From the NCBI GenBank assembly GCA_951406725.2, contig OX597821.1, positions 78,678,001 to 78,742,000 on the forward strand: 64,000 bases of DNA, in the 5' to 3' direction. Each line of letters opens with the position of its first letter. Position 1 is the stretch's first letter. Made by a program: the position numbers and the translations under genes. This DNA is from Octopus vulgaris. Lineage: Eukaryota. Shown here piece by piece: positions 1 through 12,479 of the stretch. The notes below the pieces were generated by a model, which was not told the DNA's origin, did no database searches, and saw nothing but the letters and a program-made list of their open reading frames with translations.

Positions 1-419
1 GGAGGTGATAGGAAATGTTAAACAGGGCATAGTAGGAAAATTTGGCGCATAAAACTTTATGAAAAACGGAAACGCTTATGCAACTAAATAGAGAATTCAA
101 AATAATCATAAATTTATTTGATAGGAGTTTAAATAAAAATAAATCTTTATCTATAGATAAGAGGCCAACCACTTCAGCGATTTAGTTATATAATTCATAA
201 TTTCAGCAATGACATCGGAATGAGCAGTGAGTTGTACAAATGTGCCACAGTCACACTGAGTAGAGGCAAATTATTTAGCCCTGAAAACACAGCACACGAC
301 ATAGACACAGAAATTAGAGAATTAGATCACAACCACCAATACACATTTCTAGAAACAAACGAAACAGGGGATAAAACATGCTGGCCATACCAATCAAAAA
401 TTACAGTTTTAACAAAATA

Positions 420-1300
420 AACTGAAAGATCAGTGAATTGAGAAACCTAGATGGGTGGGGGTAGAAAACAGAAAACTACTAACAGTGTACCGAAGTCACC
501 ACGCCAAAGCAGACGCAGACAGAATATATCAACTCCACTCAGAAGGAGGCTCTGTTCTGATACAGATAGAGATCTACTATAAAATAACAACATTCAGACT
601 AGGAAAGTACTTAGAGACAAAGAGTGGAAGTCTATTACATTAAGTAAAGCATCGCGACAAGAAGAAAACGCTTTTCTCTATTTCACAACGAGGTGACAAA
701 ATACTTAAATAGCCTCAGATGAAAACATAGAAGAAATGGTCAAAGAGACAGAAAACAACATGAAAACAAAATTACAGAAGATACTGAAGAAGAAATGGAA
801 AGAAAAATCACTCCATGGCTAATACCCTGCAAGACTTGACGGAAAGAAAGTGAGCCTAATTAAAAGCCAACGACGGTCCAAAAGCTTTAGATTACAAGGT
901 GATATGGAAGTAATATTTCTCACTGCACAAGACCAATGCCTGAATACAAACATTTATAAAAACACAATAATGAAAACAGACCCGCTAAAGCAAATGCAGA
1001 ATGTGCAAGCAGCACAATGAGCCAGTTGACCGCAGCGTCTCGTGCCAAATTTGAATATATATACAGATAGAGATAAAGTCAGCAGTTATATCCACTGGGC
1101 AACATGCCAATATCACAACAGTAGAACTGACACTAGAGAGTATAAGGATGTGCCAAATAAGGTACAAGACAACGACAAAGCGACAATCATCTGGGATATG
1201 GCTGTTCAAACCGAGAAAGAAATAAAAGCAAACATCTTAGATATCATAATGAGGAAAAAAACCCGCCAAATTAGCCTCAATCTACCAAATGTTGAATAGT
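420..1300 (+). mobile_element. Decayed R4/Dong-like non-LTR retrotransposon, 3' part (RT C-terminus, zinc knuckle, RLE)
   Basis: Broken frames give RKLLTVYRSHHAKADADRIY..EGG, LHGxYP, AQDQCL, CRMC and ATIIWDMAVQTEKEIKAN.LDII, homologous to the younger R4 copies in this window. Confidence 0.8.
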
Positions 1301-1304
1301 TAAA

Positions 1305-1331
1305 TAATAATAATTATAATGATAATGATCA

Positions 1332-1369
<38 letters not shown>

Positions 1370-1605
1370 TTACTACTACTACTACTACTACTACTACTAA
1401 TACTACTACTACTACTAATAATAATAATAATAGTAGTTGTAGTAATAGTAATAGTAATAGTAATAGTAATAGTAATAATAATAATGATGATGGTGGTGGT
1501 GGTGGTGGTGGTGGTGATGATGATGATAATAATAGTAATACTAATAGTAATAGTAGTAATAATAGTAATAATAATAGTAATAGTAATAATAATAATAATA
1601 ATAAT
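1305..1605. repeat. Compound trinucleotide microsatellite (TAA/TAC/TAG/TGG/TGA)
   Basis: Directly visible. Confidence 0.95.
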
Positions 1606-2158
1606 CTGCCCTGATGCAGTACCAGACAGTGGCTCTCGTGGCTTCTGATCTTAGCTCATTGGAAGTGTTATCATGTACATTGTTTTGTCTCTGTATAAAA
1701 GATGGGATACAGCAAATATTCTGCTCAATACCACAGATTTGCTTGTCAGTTGTTTGACCATAACCAGTTGAGCGTTTCCGTTAGTGGCTGACGATATGTA
1801 CATCTCTGATCACGAGCAGAAGTAGTGAGGGAGCATCATAGCTGTGTGATGAAAGGAAATCTTAGAGGTTTGGATAATCCACCTTTGGAAACATGGGTGG
1901 TTCGTTCAACATCCTTAAACAACTCTTATTCAGGGACATTTTGAGCGGGATGGGTTTCTCGACCAGAAGAAAATTCTATATGGGCTCCACCTGCAAGGTC
2001 ATGCACTTATCTTGATATGAGATCACCATGTGGTGCACATATGGTTGTGATGCATGTGCCTAGCGTACCCTTACCAGACGGGTAGTCATGATGTGTATGC
2101 TGCGCTTCGTATATTTTACCCCAGTGTCACTTTGATGGCATGCACTGTTCTCTCACTC
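1606..2158 (+). mobile_element. Non-coding interspersed repeat inserted in (TAA)n (SINE-like or LINE 3' UTR)
   Basis: Flanked on both sides by TAA runs; its last ~113 bp recur at 6796-6908 with the same right end (ctcactc then aataat). Confidence 0.7.
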
Positions 2159-2204
2159 AATAATAATAATAATAATAATGATGATGATGATGATGATGAT
2201 GATG

Positions 2205-4495
2205 CAATTTCCCTTTCTTAAAAGTGACTTTGGAACACTTTTCAATGCCAAACTCCATCCCGATATCATCACTGAATTCTTTCACAGTATGTAATAATCC
2301 TTCAAGCTCTTCATCATCTTTGCCATATAGCTTTAAATCATCCATACAAAATAGATGGCTTATTTTCCTGTTGTCAATTTTGTAGCCATATCCTGTTCTA
2401 TTCAGTTCACTTGAGAGTGGTATTAGTGTTATGCAGAAAATTAAGTGAGTCACCTTGGAAAATTCCACAGTTTATGCTAATATTGTTTAAGCGCAATACT
2501 CCATTAGAATGATGTAATTGGAGCTTTGTGTTCCATAGTGACATATTATACTTTAAAAAATCTGAAATCACAGGAGAAATTTTGAAAATGTCCAGCGATT
2601 TCAGAATCCACGAATCCGGTATGCTTTCAAAGACTTTTTTATAATCAATCCATGAAGAGCTGAGATATCTGCGCTTGTTATGGCAGTTCTGAAGAGCCTC
2701 GTCTGCATCCTTTTTGTTCTGTGGGAAAAAGGTTATTCCCTTCCATAAACGTATATGTTTTCTCTACTAGAATAGATGTCAAAATCTTATAGGTAGTAGA
2801 TAAACATGTTATAGGCCGGTAGTTTTTAGGGTCTTCGTTTTGTTATTTGGGGAGGAGGTAAGTAATACCATTTGCCATCCAATGGGGAGTTTTTTCCGGG
2901 TCTTTCCTAATACTATTAAATAGTATTACTAACATCTTGTGTGCGGACTAGAGTGATGAGAGCCAGAAATTTGGTACTCTATCAATACCAGGGGAGTCCC
3001 ACTTATGAGCCTTCGTAAGTGCTCTCCTTAGGTCGGCGATTGAGATGTTTTCCCATACCTGTTCTTGCAGGTTTTTGTAGTCATCTTGGGTGCGTTTGAT
3101 CCACTCTGCATTTTCATTGTATGGTTTCTCATCACTTCAGATCCACTTCCAAAAATTTTCAACTTCTTCCATTAGGGGTGGATTTTCAGAGGTTACTTTT
3201 TTTCCCTATTTCCCTGTAAAGTGATTTGTCATTGGATTTGGACATCTTATTTTGTTTGTAGAATTTGATTCTTTTCTCAAATCTGCGTATTCTCTGAGCT
3301 TTTGCTTGAACTTTTTGTTTAAGTGTTTCTTTCGCTGACATTAGTTCTCTTGTTGAGTGTCCATATTTTCTCACAATCTTCCTGCCTTTTCTTGATCTTA
3401 CATCATTTTCAGAAATTAGCTCAGTTAATATTGATATCTCCCTGCGCAATGATTCAATTTCAGTTTTAATTCTACTCCTCCAGTTTGATTTTCTTTTCGA
3501 ATTTGGTATTGTTGGGTTTTGGGGTGTTAAACAGCGTCTTTCGATTACCTTAGCGACAGAGTAAATAATTTCATTTAATTTATTAAGATCGGGTTTTAGT
3601 TGTTGTATGATTTCTTGTGTAACGCAGTTGCCAATTTTATTTGTGTTTTATGTTGATGTGCATTTGAGAGTTTATGGAGTGGTTCCCTATCATTCATAGT
3701 TGTATGCCCTACAACTGCAAGCTCATTCAGAACTTCTTGCATTATTTCAATGATAGATATTCAGTGTTGTTCAGCAAACATGTGGTCTTCAAATTCTGTT
3801 TCGACATTATTTCCGGGCTGTTTTTCTAGGATCATTATATTTTCCTTTTTCTTCAGGATCTTGAGTCGTTTCGGCAGATGGTCGTCTTTCAGTAAATGCT
3901 TGTGGCCCCACATTGCTCTCCTCAGCTTCGTTATTTCTTTCCTGACTTACATTTAGGTCATTCTCTACCACTTCTTTTAATAGAGGTTAATCCTGTATCT
4001 GTGAGTCTGGTATTTCTGAAGATATCTCTTCTAGCATTTGCTAATCTGTTTTTATCCAGGTTTGGTCTGCTAGCTGGATTCCGGCTCCTCCAAATTCCGT
4101 AGGAGTTTGCAGTGTGTTTCTGTTGGGTTGGCCTACTTAATGCAAAGTAATAAGCATATATTACTTCTTTATATTCTTCCCGGTTCCATTTAGTTCTTTT
4201 AGATTTTTGATTTTCTGGTCGTTGTGGTGGTGAAATTTGGGGGCTTAATTTGGGACAAATCCCGTTTAAGTGACCTTCCAGGTTCGTACTCGTGGAAGAT
4301 ATTCTGCCATTTGAAAATTTTTCGCCATCAGGCTGGCAGCCTCCTGACGGGCGCGCTTCCTGTATAACCATTGGACAAACGATTCGGTGTACTGTTAGAA
4401 ATTTTCTTTTCAAGTAAAGTTAAATTATTATTAAGTTTTCATTAAAAAAAGGAAAGAAAAGAAAGAAAAAAATTAACCACTAATCTTCATACAGG
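2205..4495 (-). mobile_element. R4/Dong-like LINE, inverted 5' part (5' UTR, N-terminal region, most of RT); inactivated
   Basis: Minus-strand frames RTKWNREEYKEVIYAYY, LKQKVQAKAQRIRRFEKR, WIDYKK, HLFCMDDLKLYGK..DIGMEFGIEKCSKVTFKKGKL; stops and frameshifts present. Confidence 0.9.
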
Positions 4496-6015
4496 GGCCT
4501 CATGAGCAGGAAGAAACCTATAAATACCTAGGAATAAATGAAGGCTCTGGTATCCAGCATGCAAGCATGAAAGAGAAGGTTAGGAAGGAATGTTCGAGCA
4601 GTCCTGCAGTCTGAGCTGAATGCATATAATAAGGTGTTGGCCATAAATTCCTTAGCAGTCCCAGTTGTTCTTTATAGCTTCAATGTGCTTAACTGGAATA
4701 TCAGTTAAATAATGAAAATTGACAGAAAAACCCGCAAGCTACTGACTTGTAATAAGATGCACCATCCAAAGACAGACGTGGATCGTCTTTACCTTCCCAG
4801 AGCTCAGGGAGGACGAAGTTTGATCCAGCTTGAACTTACATACAAAACCACCACAATCGGACTGGCCAAATACCTTGAAGCAACCAACGATTGGATGCTA
4901 AAACTTGTTGAAAAACATGAAAGACCTAAAAAAACTTCACTCTATTCTCAAAGAGGGCAAAAACTTCGCTGCTGATCTCTTAGATACCCACCAGATTGAG
5001 CAGGCTGAAGGAAATGCACCAACTGCAGCTGCAAAGAAAAGAAAATTAATTGCAAAGCGCATGAAAAATTAGCTAGCAGATGGGAACAGAAACCTCTCCA
5101 TGGCAAGTATGTGGCCCGTAGCAAACAAGCTGATGTCGACCAGAAACACACGCACCAATGGTTACGAAGTTCAGGGCTAAAAGTAGAGAGTGAATGTTTC
5201 ATATTAGCTGCTCAAGACTAAAGCTTATTAACCCGGAACTACCAAACCAATGTGATATAAAATGGAGCTCACCCAAAAGGCCGATTCTGTAACGATGAGA
5301 TTGAAACAATAGACCACCTAATCTCAGGGTGTAGAGCCTTAGCGCCTGCAGAATATAAAGCAAGACATGAAAGAGACGGCTAGTATTTACATTGGACAAT
5401 ATGTCGGCATTATAAAATCAAAACCGCTGACAAATGGTATAAACACCATCCTGAAGTTGTGACTGAGGGAGAAAATGTGTCGAGTCTATGGAACTTCCCC
5501 GTACGGACCGACAAGACTATAAAAGCTAATAAACCGGATATTATAATAAAAGATCAGACAAAAAAGTTGTGTTTATTAATTGACATGAGTATTCCTTGCG
5601 ATCACAATATAGCGGCGAAAGAATTTGACAAGATTACTAAATATAAAGACTTGTTAATAGAAATTGAAAAACTGAGGCATCTCAAGGCGACTACAGTACC
5701 AGCAATTGTAGGATCTCTAGGAATGATAAAAAAAGGTACTGAAACCTATTTGAAAATGATTCCAGGCTTGCCATCCCTACAGGAAGTGCAGAAAAGCGTA
5801 TTAACTGGAACGGCTCATGTACTGAGAAGAGCATTATCGTTGTGTAAACAACATCCATCCATGAATTTATTTATTTATTAATTTTTAAATATACATTTTA
5901 TCTGTGAATTTCCGCGTGTAATCTGGGAATGCATACAATGAGCTTCTCTGCCCTAGATGTATGGAAAACACTCGGCGAGAAACTGAAGAAAATTTGAAGA
6001 AAGAAGGTAAAACAC
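4496..6015 (+). mobile_element. R4/Dong-like LINE, direct 3' part (RT end, zinc knuckle, RLE, 3' UTR) followed by (TAA)n
   Basis: EQEETYKYLG, HHPKTDVDRLYLPRAQGGRSL, KPLHGKY, LWNFPVRTDKTIKANKPDII..LIDMSIP..KITKYKDL; 3' UTR homologous to 28523-28696. Confidence 0.92.
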
Positions 6016-6064
<49 letters not shown>

Positions 6065-6067
6065 ACT

Positions 6068-6730
6068 CAAAAGATACCAGGAACCCTTCTAATGGGTTAC
6101 AGCAAGTAAACCTATGGCCTATTTCCAGCCAATGTAGGCCACTTGCCCAGAAGGAATATAAGAGACGCCACGACAATATAGCCAGGCTTGTCCATTGGAC
6201 ACTTTGCAACAAGTATGGAATTGACAAAGCAAAAAATTGGTACGACCACAAAATTGAAGGCATCGTCGAAAATAGAAATGTAAAGATCCTGTGGAATTTT
6301 ATGATTCAGTGCGACCATGAGATTGAGAATAGGAAGCCAGACATAGTCTTAATTGAGGAAGAAAAGAAACTATGCTGGATCATAGATATGACATGCCCAG
6401 CTGACAACGAGGTATACGATAAGGAAAAAGAATAGTCGAGAGATATGACAGGTTAGCTTGGGAAGTTAAGTAGTTGTGGTCGATGAAAAAGGTAGCAGTA
6501 GGACCAATTATTGTCGGAGCTCTGGGAACAGTGAACAAAAATCTTGAGAAGTACGTGGAACAAATACGGGCTGCAATAAGGGTGGAGCACTTGCAGGAAA
6601 CAGCACTGCTTGGAAGCGCTCGAATACTCCGGAAGGTGCTCGAAAACTAAGAGGTGTTACCTTAATTCACTGCTTGTGAACAGCTGAAACCGTAGTACAT
6701 CTCCAGTGTTAGAAGCTGTGTAAAGGCAAA
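6068..6730 (+). mobile_element. 5'-truncated R4/Dong-like LINE (second family), RLE region between TAA runs
   Basis: CRPLAQKEYKRRHDNIARLVHW..VKILWNFMIQCDHEIENRKPDIV..IIDMTCP; 3' end abuts (TAA)n. Confidence 0.85.
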
Positions 6731-6740
6731 AATAATAATG

Positions 6741-6795
<55 letters not shown>

Positions 6796-6797
<2 letters not shown>

Positions 6798-6908
6798 TGA
6801 TGCATGTGCCTGGTGTACCCTTATCAGACGGGTAGTCATGATGGGTATACTGGGCTTCGTATATTTTACCCCAGTGTCACTTTGATGGCATGCTCTGCTC
6901 GCTCACTC
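6796..6908 (+). mobile_element. Short 5'-truncated copy of the 1606-2158 repeat
   Basis: Roughly 90% identical by eye to 2047-2158; flanked by TAA runs. Confidence 0.8.
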
Positions 6909-6981
<73 letters not shown>

Positions 6982-7129
6982 GCTTCACGCAAACGAATGT
7001 AAAATGGAGGAAATTAGTTACTCAGTTTAAAACATCAAGAAACAGATTTTTCCTAAATTGTAGTTACCAAAAAGTAGCGTTAAATATTTATCGATTAGCC
7101 TGCGATATGACAAATCTATCCATTCGAAG

Positions 7130-8145
7130 AACAAGGAAGTGATATCATGTAAAAATCAACGCTGAACAGGCAGACATCTCTCTCATTGTCACCGTGAATG
7201 CTTTAAGGCCATCAAATACATCATCAAAAGCAAAATGCGTAAAATGGATTGGAGAGGATTATAGATACGTGTTGAAAGATTTCTATACAGCCCTGCTAAA
7301 CACAAAAATTAACCTCCTTGCACAGGCAAAAGGAGCTAGGAAATCAAGGAAAATTTGAAATAATATAAACCTCCCTGCAACCAAGGAACTATTGAAACAG
7401 CGAATACCGCTGAAGGCCCTGCAGCTTAGAAAGTATGATAAAAGAATGAAATGTTATCGACAATACAGGATGCAAAGAAATTTTATAAAACCCAGGACTA
7501 GACCGGATTCATAGATTCAAGTTGAATTTTGACAGAATTACAGCAAAAATACGTTGCATCTCTTACTGATGTTGTCCAGAACCCAGAGCAAAAACCTGCC
7601 TGGTTGACTGAAGGAACAACATACCTTCTACCAACATCTAAAGACAGAAAAATCCAAATAACTACTGATCAATAACATGTTTCAACATCATCTAAAATAA
7701 TCTTACATTTATACTAACTGAAAAGATATACGATTTCTTTGAACAGAACTCTACTTTTCCACAAGCGCAAAAAGGTTATAAAAGGAATTCTTATGGTTGC
7801 AAAGATCAATTATCCATAAATAAAATGAATGTAGAGAATTGCCGAGCAAAAAGTAAAAACCTGAGTATGGCATGGATAGACAACTGGAAGGCAGTTGATA
7901 GTATCCTACATAGTTGGCAACTGAAGGCACTTCAGACATATAAGAAATCTCCTGTCATCTCCAAGCTCATATATGATAGCATGGCCAAGTGGAACACAAG
8001 TCTCGCTGTAAACCATAGTAATATTATAAGCGAATCTAACAACATCAACATCAAACTAGACATCTTTCAATGTGACTTTCTCTCCCCATTACTCTTTTGC
8101 ATGGCACCGATCGCACTCACAAACCACAGAAAAACTCAAATATAA
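7130..8145 (+). mobile_element. Decayed R4/Dong-like RT fragment
   Basis: WLTEGTTYLLP, SYGCKDQL, LSMAWIDNWKAVDSILHSW, IFQCDFLSPLLFC. Confidence 0.8.
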
Positions 8146-8409
8146 CATAAAAGCCGAGGCTGAAATGATTGTAGGTCTGCTTGCTTAGAGCTGAACTGGT
8201 GCTAAATAATAAGATATGATTTCCCTAAATTACTGTAAATTTTATATTCTATGTAATAAGTAACAAACACGAAAAGATATATTCTCAATGATAATAAGAT
8301 AAACAGAACGATTTCATTAAGAGAAACTTGGTGTCGTAAATACAATCGTAAAATTCTCCAACTATGAAAATGTTTATTACATTCATCACTTCTAATATAT
8401 TTGTTACAG

Positions 8410-8513
8410 CGATGGCTTTTTCAGCATCAAAACAAGCGGAGGAATCTACCTACTCCATGGATCGATAGATATTTCCGTTACTTACGAAATTCTCTATCGA
8501 ATGAACATCAATG
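8410..8513 (+). CDS. Penultimate coding exon of paralog A of the secreted PAN-like gene (upstream exons not found in the window)
   Basis: ttgttacAG acceptor, GTaaga donor, 104 bp, phase 2 to 1, open frame DGFFSIKTSGGIYLLHGSIDISVTYEILYRMNIN; flanking introns are homologous to those around exon 50950-51056. Confidence 0.75.
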
Positions 8514-8579
8514 GTAAGAAATATATTTCCATGTTACATAAGCAAAGCATTGCATATTTTTGTCTGTGTATATATAAGT

Positions 8580-8626
<47 letters not shown>

Positions 8627-8883
8627 TGTGTGCATGTATGTGAGTATGTGTGTGCGTGCGTGTCTGCGTATGAACGTATGTATGTTGTTTACACTTCCCA
8701 ATTTTATTAGTATTCTTCTTAAAAGGAGGCAACTAGTTTAAAACAAAGAAAGGTGCTACCGCTGGTTTTTCGATCATATATATATTTATTAGAAATCGAT
8801 CTTTAAGAATAGTCAGCTTACAGATTGTATTGGGTAAAATCCGTGTGTCTCGGTCAGTTTTTTTTAGAATATATTAGCTTCTC

Positions 8884-9200
8884 TCAATTACCACTGCGAC
8901 ATTTACTGACATAACCAAGAGCTCCAGTAATTATTGATATAAATGTGATTCTACAGTCAAGGTAGAGAGATAGCTGTTGCCGTAGCTGCACATAGATATT
9001 CTCCTTCTTGCTGATTTTGCAAGAGATATTTCCATCTTCAGTGCAGTTGACTAACGTCATTGTAACGACTTTTCTTTCACGCCTCAAGTAACTACGTCAG
9101 GTTTGTTATTTTGGGGCTTGGTAGAAGTTTTAAAAGAAATGCTCAACTAATATTGACTAGGGAACCGCAAGTCGATATTTATTAATCATGTCGTGGATTG
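8884..9200 (-). mobile_element. Old R4-like RLE remnant inside the intron of paralog A
   Basis: NKPDVV and ITFISIITGALGYV; counterpart at about 50300-50600 (+). Confidence 0.6.
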
Positions 9201-9726
9201 CGAATTATTTGACAGGTGCAGTTGAGTGATGCCATCCGGTATTTGAACACTGTCTGTACTGTTCAAAATCTATTGTTTTCATCTTTTTCTTGCGATAGTT
9301 TGTCAATATTCTTGTGTATATTTTATGTAAATTTGCAGCTGATATTTTATGTAAATTTGCTAGCTTTGATAACTTTGAAGCGGGTTTTCTTGTTAAACCA
9401 GCTCGGTATACCAAATGTTAATATCAGTGCATGTGTTGTATATGCACTGTTGTATATTATTTCGTTACACACTCTTTGTTTCAGTACATTCGAATATATA
9501 TTTTCATTAATACCTATGTCTGTACACGTTATGTACAAAAGGGAAGCTCGGAGATATGCCGGTGATGCAAAAGTTCGAGAAACGGCATTACCACTTCCAC
9601 TTGTTAAATATCAATATTTATTTTGATCATCTCTGTATCAACGGAAAATGTAATTAAATAAATTTACTTTGCAGTACACTATAGAATCCGGGCATAAATA
9701 TTTCGATCGTGAACAGAATACATATA

Positions 9727-10103
9727 TATTTCTTTATTACCCACAAGGGGCTAAACATACAGGGGTCAAACAAGGACAGACAAAGGGATTAAGTCGATTA
9801 CATCGACTCCAGTGCGAAACTGGTACTTTATTTATCGACCCCGGAAAGATGAAAGGCGGAATTTGAACTCAGAATGTAACACCTATTTCTTTATTACCCA
9901 CAAGAGACTAAACATAGAGGGGACAAACAAAGACAGACATAGGTATTAAGTCGATTACATCGACCCCGATGCGTAACTGGTACATAATTTATCGACCCCC
10001 AAAGGATGAAAGGTAAAGTCGACCTCGGCAGAATTTGAACTCATACGTAATACCGCTAAGCATTTCGCCCGGCGCGCTAACGTGTCTGCCAGCTCGCCGC
10101 CTT
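9727..10103 (-). mobile_element. tRNA-derived SINE: one full copy plus a tandem 5'-truncated copy
   Basis: Minus-strand head aggcggcgagctggcaga..ttag (A-box-like) and gagttcaaatt (B-box-like); 9727-9882 repeats the body and tail of 9884-10103. Confidence 0.85.
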
Positions 10104-10329
10104 AAATAGAAGGCACACATTACTCTTTATCTTTTATTAAACTTTTAATACTTTTGATATATATTTAAAATAATATAAATTAAATTAATTTTATGTATTG
10201 GCTTATGTTTTTCATTGTTTGATTTGCCTAATAGTGGTTTTATCTCTAATTTAATACAATATATATATATATATATTTGTAATTACTGATGTGTTTACAG
10301 TGTTATGTATTTGAGTGGGGATTTAGGAA

Positions 10330-11290
10330 GTATAGACTTTTTCTGTTGGCTTGCTGTATGTTTGTTTCGTGGGAGCTTTCCTTTCTTGTTTCTTGTTACA
10401 TGAGTGTATGTGATGTTGTGTATAGTTTGTGTAATGTGAGTAGTGTTTTCTTTTAATTGGACTTCTAATATATATTGCATTAATTATGTTGTAAGTTATC
10501 AGGGGCTAATTGAATAGGATGTGAATGCGCGCCATAGTTGAAATGTTTCTTGCAAAACAGTGTTGTGCGCCCAAGTATTGTCATTATGCAAAGTTTCATA
10601 TTTTAAATCATACGTAATGCTCTAATTAATACTGATATTCTTTCCACCCTCATGATCCACTCCGGATATATTTGAAATTTAAGGTTTAGTACTTTGATAG
10701 CTTTTCTACTAAGTTATATTTTACTAAGCAATATTTGCTCGAGAATGTGTTGTGATATCTATCAGCGTGCCTTTGTTTCTTTCCCAGTTCTTTATCATTA
10801 TGTTCGTCTTCTTATTACGCTTCGTCTTGTGGTAGTTGTTACTTTGGACAACTTTATTCCCGATTATTGTGGCCAGGTCATTGTAATGTATTGTATTCGG
10901 TACATGCGTGAACGAGGTCTTGTATGAATTCACATCGAAGCGTTGGTATATTGCATAATGTATGTACAATTTAACTCGATCACACCTCTGTGTATTTTGC
11001 GGTTTGGTAAAGACTGGGAAACCGGGGAAAATGTAGTCAATCATTTCATAGTGCCTTTTGCATATCCTATATTTTGTGTCAGGATCCGTTTCAAGATTAT
11101 ATTTCAATACGTGTTTATCTAGGAGTAGTCTTTTCGTTTCTGAGTTTAAGCAGAAAAGAAGAGATTGACACTAGCTGCAGAGTGAGAGACATTCAAAGCC
11201 AAAATAAAGACCATAAAACTATATCGGTTTTTATGAGACATGTCTATTTGCATTTATAACTGAAGAAGTTTCATGGAATCGTTTCTGACT
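10330..11290 (-). mobile_element. Old R4-like zinc-knuckle/RLE remnant in the last intron of paralog A
   Basis: DPDTKYRICKRHYEMIDYIFPGFPV..RCDRV..TLIDITT; homologous to 48690-49600 (+). Confidence 0.7.
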
Positions 11291-11399
11291 CCTTTCCTAT
11301 ATGTATTTTCATTGCATACGTATTTTTCAAACATTTTGTATATAACCACAATCTGAAATTGAACTGTTTTGATAAAAAAAAAACATTCTTTCATTTCAG

Positions 11400-11449
11400 A
11401 TACTGAGGAAAGAGTCGCAGATAGGTTGGATGTCTACGCATATTCATAA
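11400..11449 (+). CDS. Terminal coding exon of paralog A
   Basis: ttctttcatttcAG acceptor, phase 1, (D)TEERVADRLDVYAYS-stop; aligns with [16 protein letters not shown]-stop at 48521-48573. Confidence 0.75.
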
Positions 11450-11626
11450 GAGGTTCTGTATTATTGCTGAAAATATGTATAGTAATACACACATACATAA
11501 ATAGATACATGTATACACGCATTCAAATTTTTATAGATGCATTCATACATTACAAAAAACCATTCGTACGTTCATATATACATACAAACGTGCATACATA
11601 CATACATTTATACATACATAGTACAT

Positions 11627-11678
<52 letters not shown>

Positions 11679-12479
11679 GTATGTATTTATGTATATACAT
11701 ACATACTTTGTAGCAAAGTCGGGCAATTGTGATCAAGAAAATTGATCACAACTACCCGACGAACGGGAACGTGAAACTCTGAGTAGCTCTTTTTTGTGAT
11801 ATTTTTAGATGTTTTTGCAGTTTTAATATTAAAGCATATTACTGTATCTTCGGTATTCCACTACAGTTTTCTTCTCACCTCTTTTCACATTAATGTGTTT
11901 ACTAAGATATATATACATATATGAATATGTGTGTGTGTGCGTTTATGTGCATATGTGTATGTACAAATACAAACACACTCACACATGTATCTTTAACAAA
12001 AATATTATCCACATTGATCTTGAAGTCTCTGGATTCAAAACCATCATCGCACACTGGCACATTTGTGTTTATCTTGGCCTTATATATCTCTGATCAATTA
12101 AAATATTCTGACTAGACGTGATCCTATTGAATGAGGAGTATGTTGTAGGGTCGGTTGCAAAACAAATATATCAAGGAATATTTTTTATATCAAATGTGTT
12201 ATTGTTCACTATACTGTGATGCATGTCGAAATTTGTAATCAAGCGAGTCCTTTTAGTTTATTGGTTTCAGGTTTTGTGCCTGTGTTTCTTCTACTCATAG
12301 AGGTATGTGGTGGGTGAAAGTATTTGTTGCTCAGTGCATGTATCACTAAGGTTCATTTCCATCTTTTTTGAAGGGGACAGGAATTCATGATTTATCTTTT
12401 ACTTTCGGAAATGTGAAAGTTATAGTAAAGAGTTTAGACTATGTTCATTAACGCTTGTCAGTTTTTGAGTGTTCACAAA

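Noticed and set aside
11710-11795. Hairpin plus GAAActctgagTA downstream of paralog A
   Set aside because: Only the 3' half of a hammerhead is present (no CUGANGA), so it cannot be called a ribozyme
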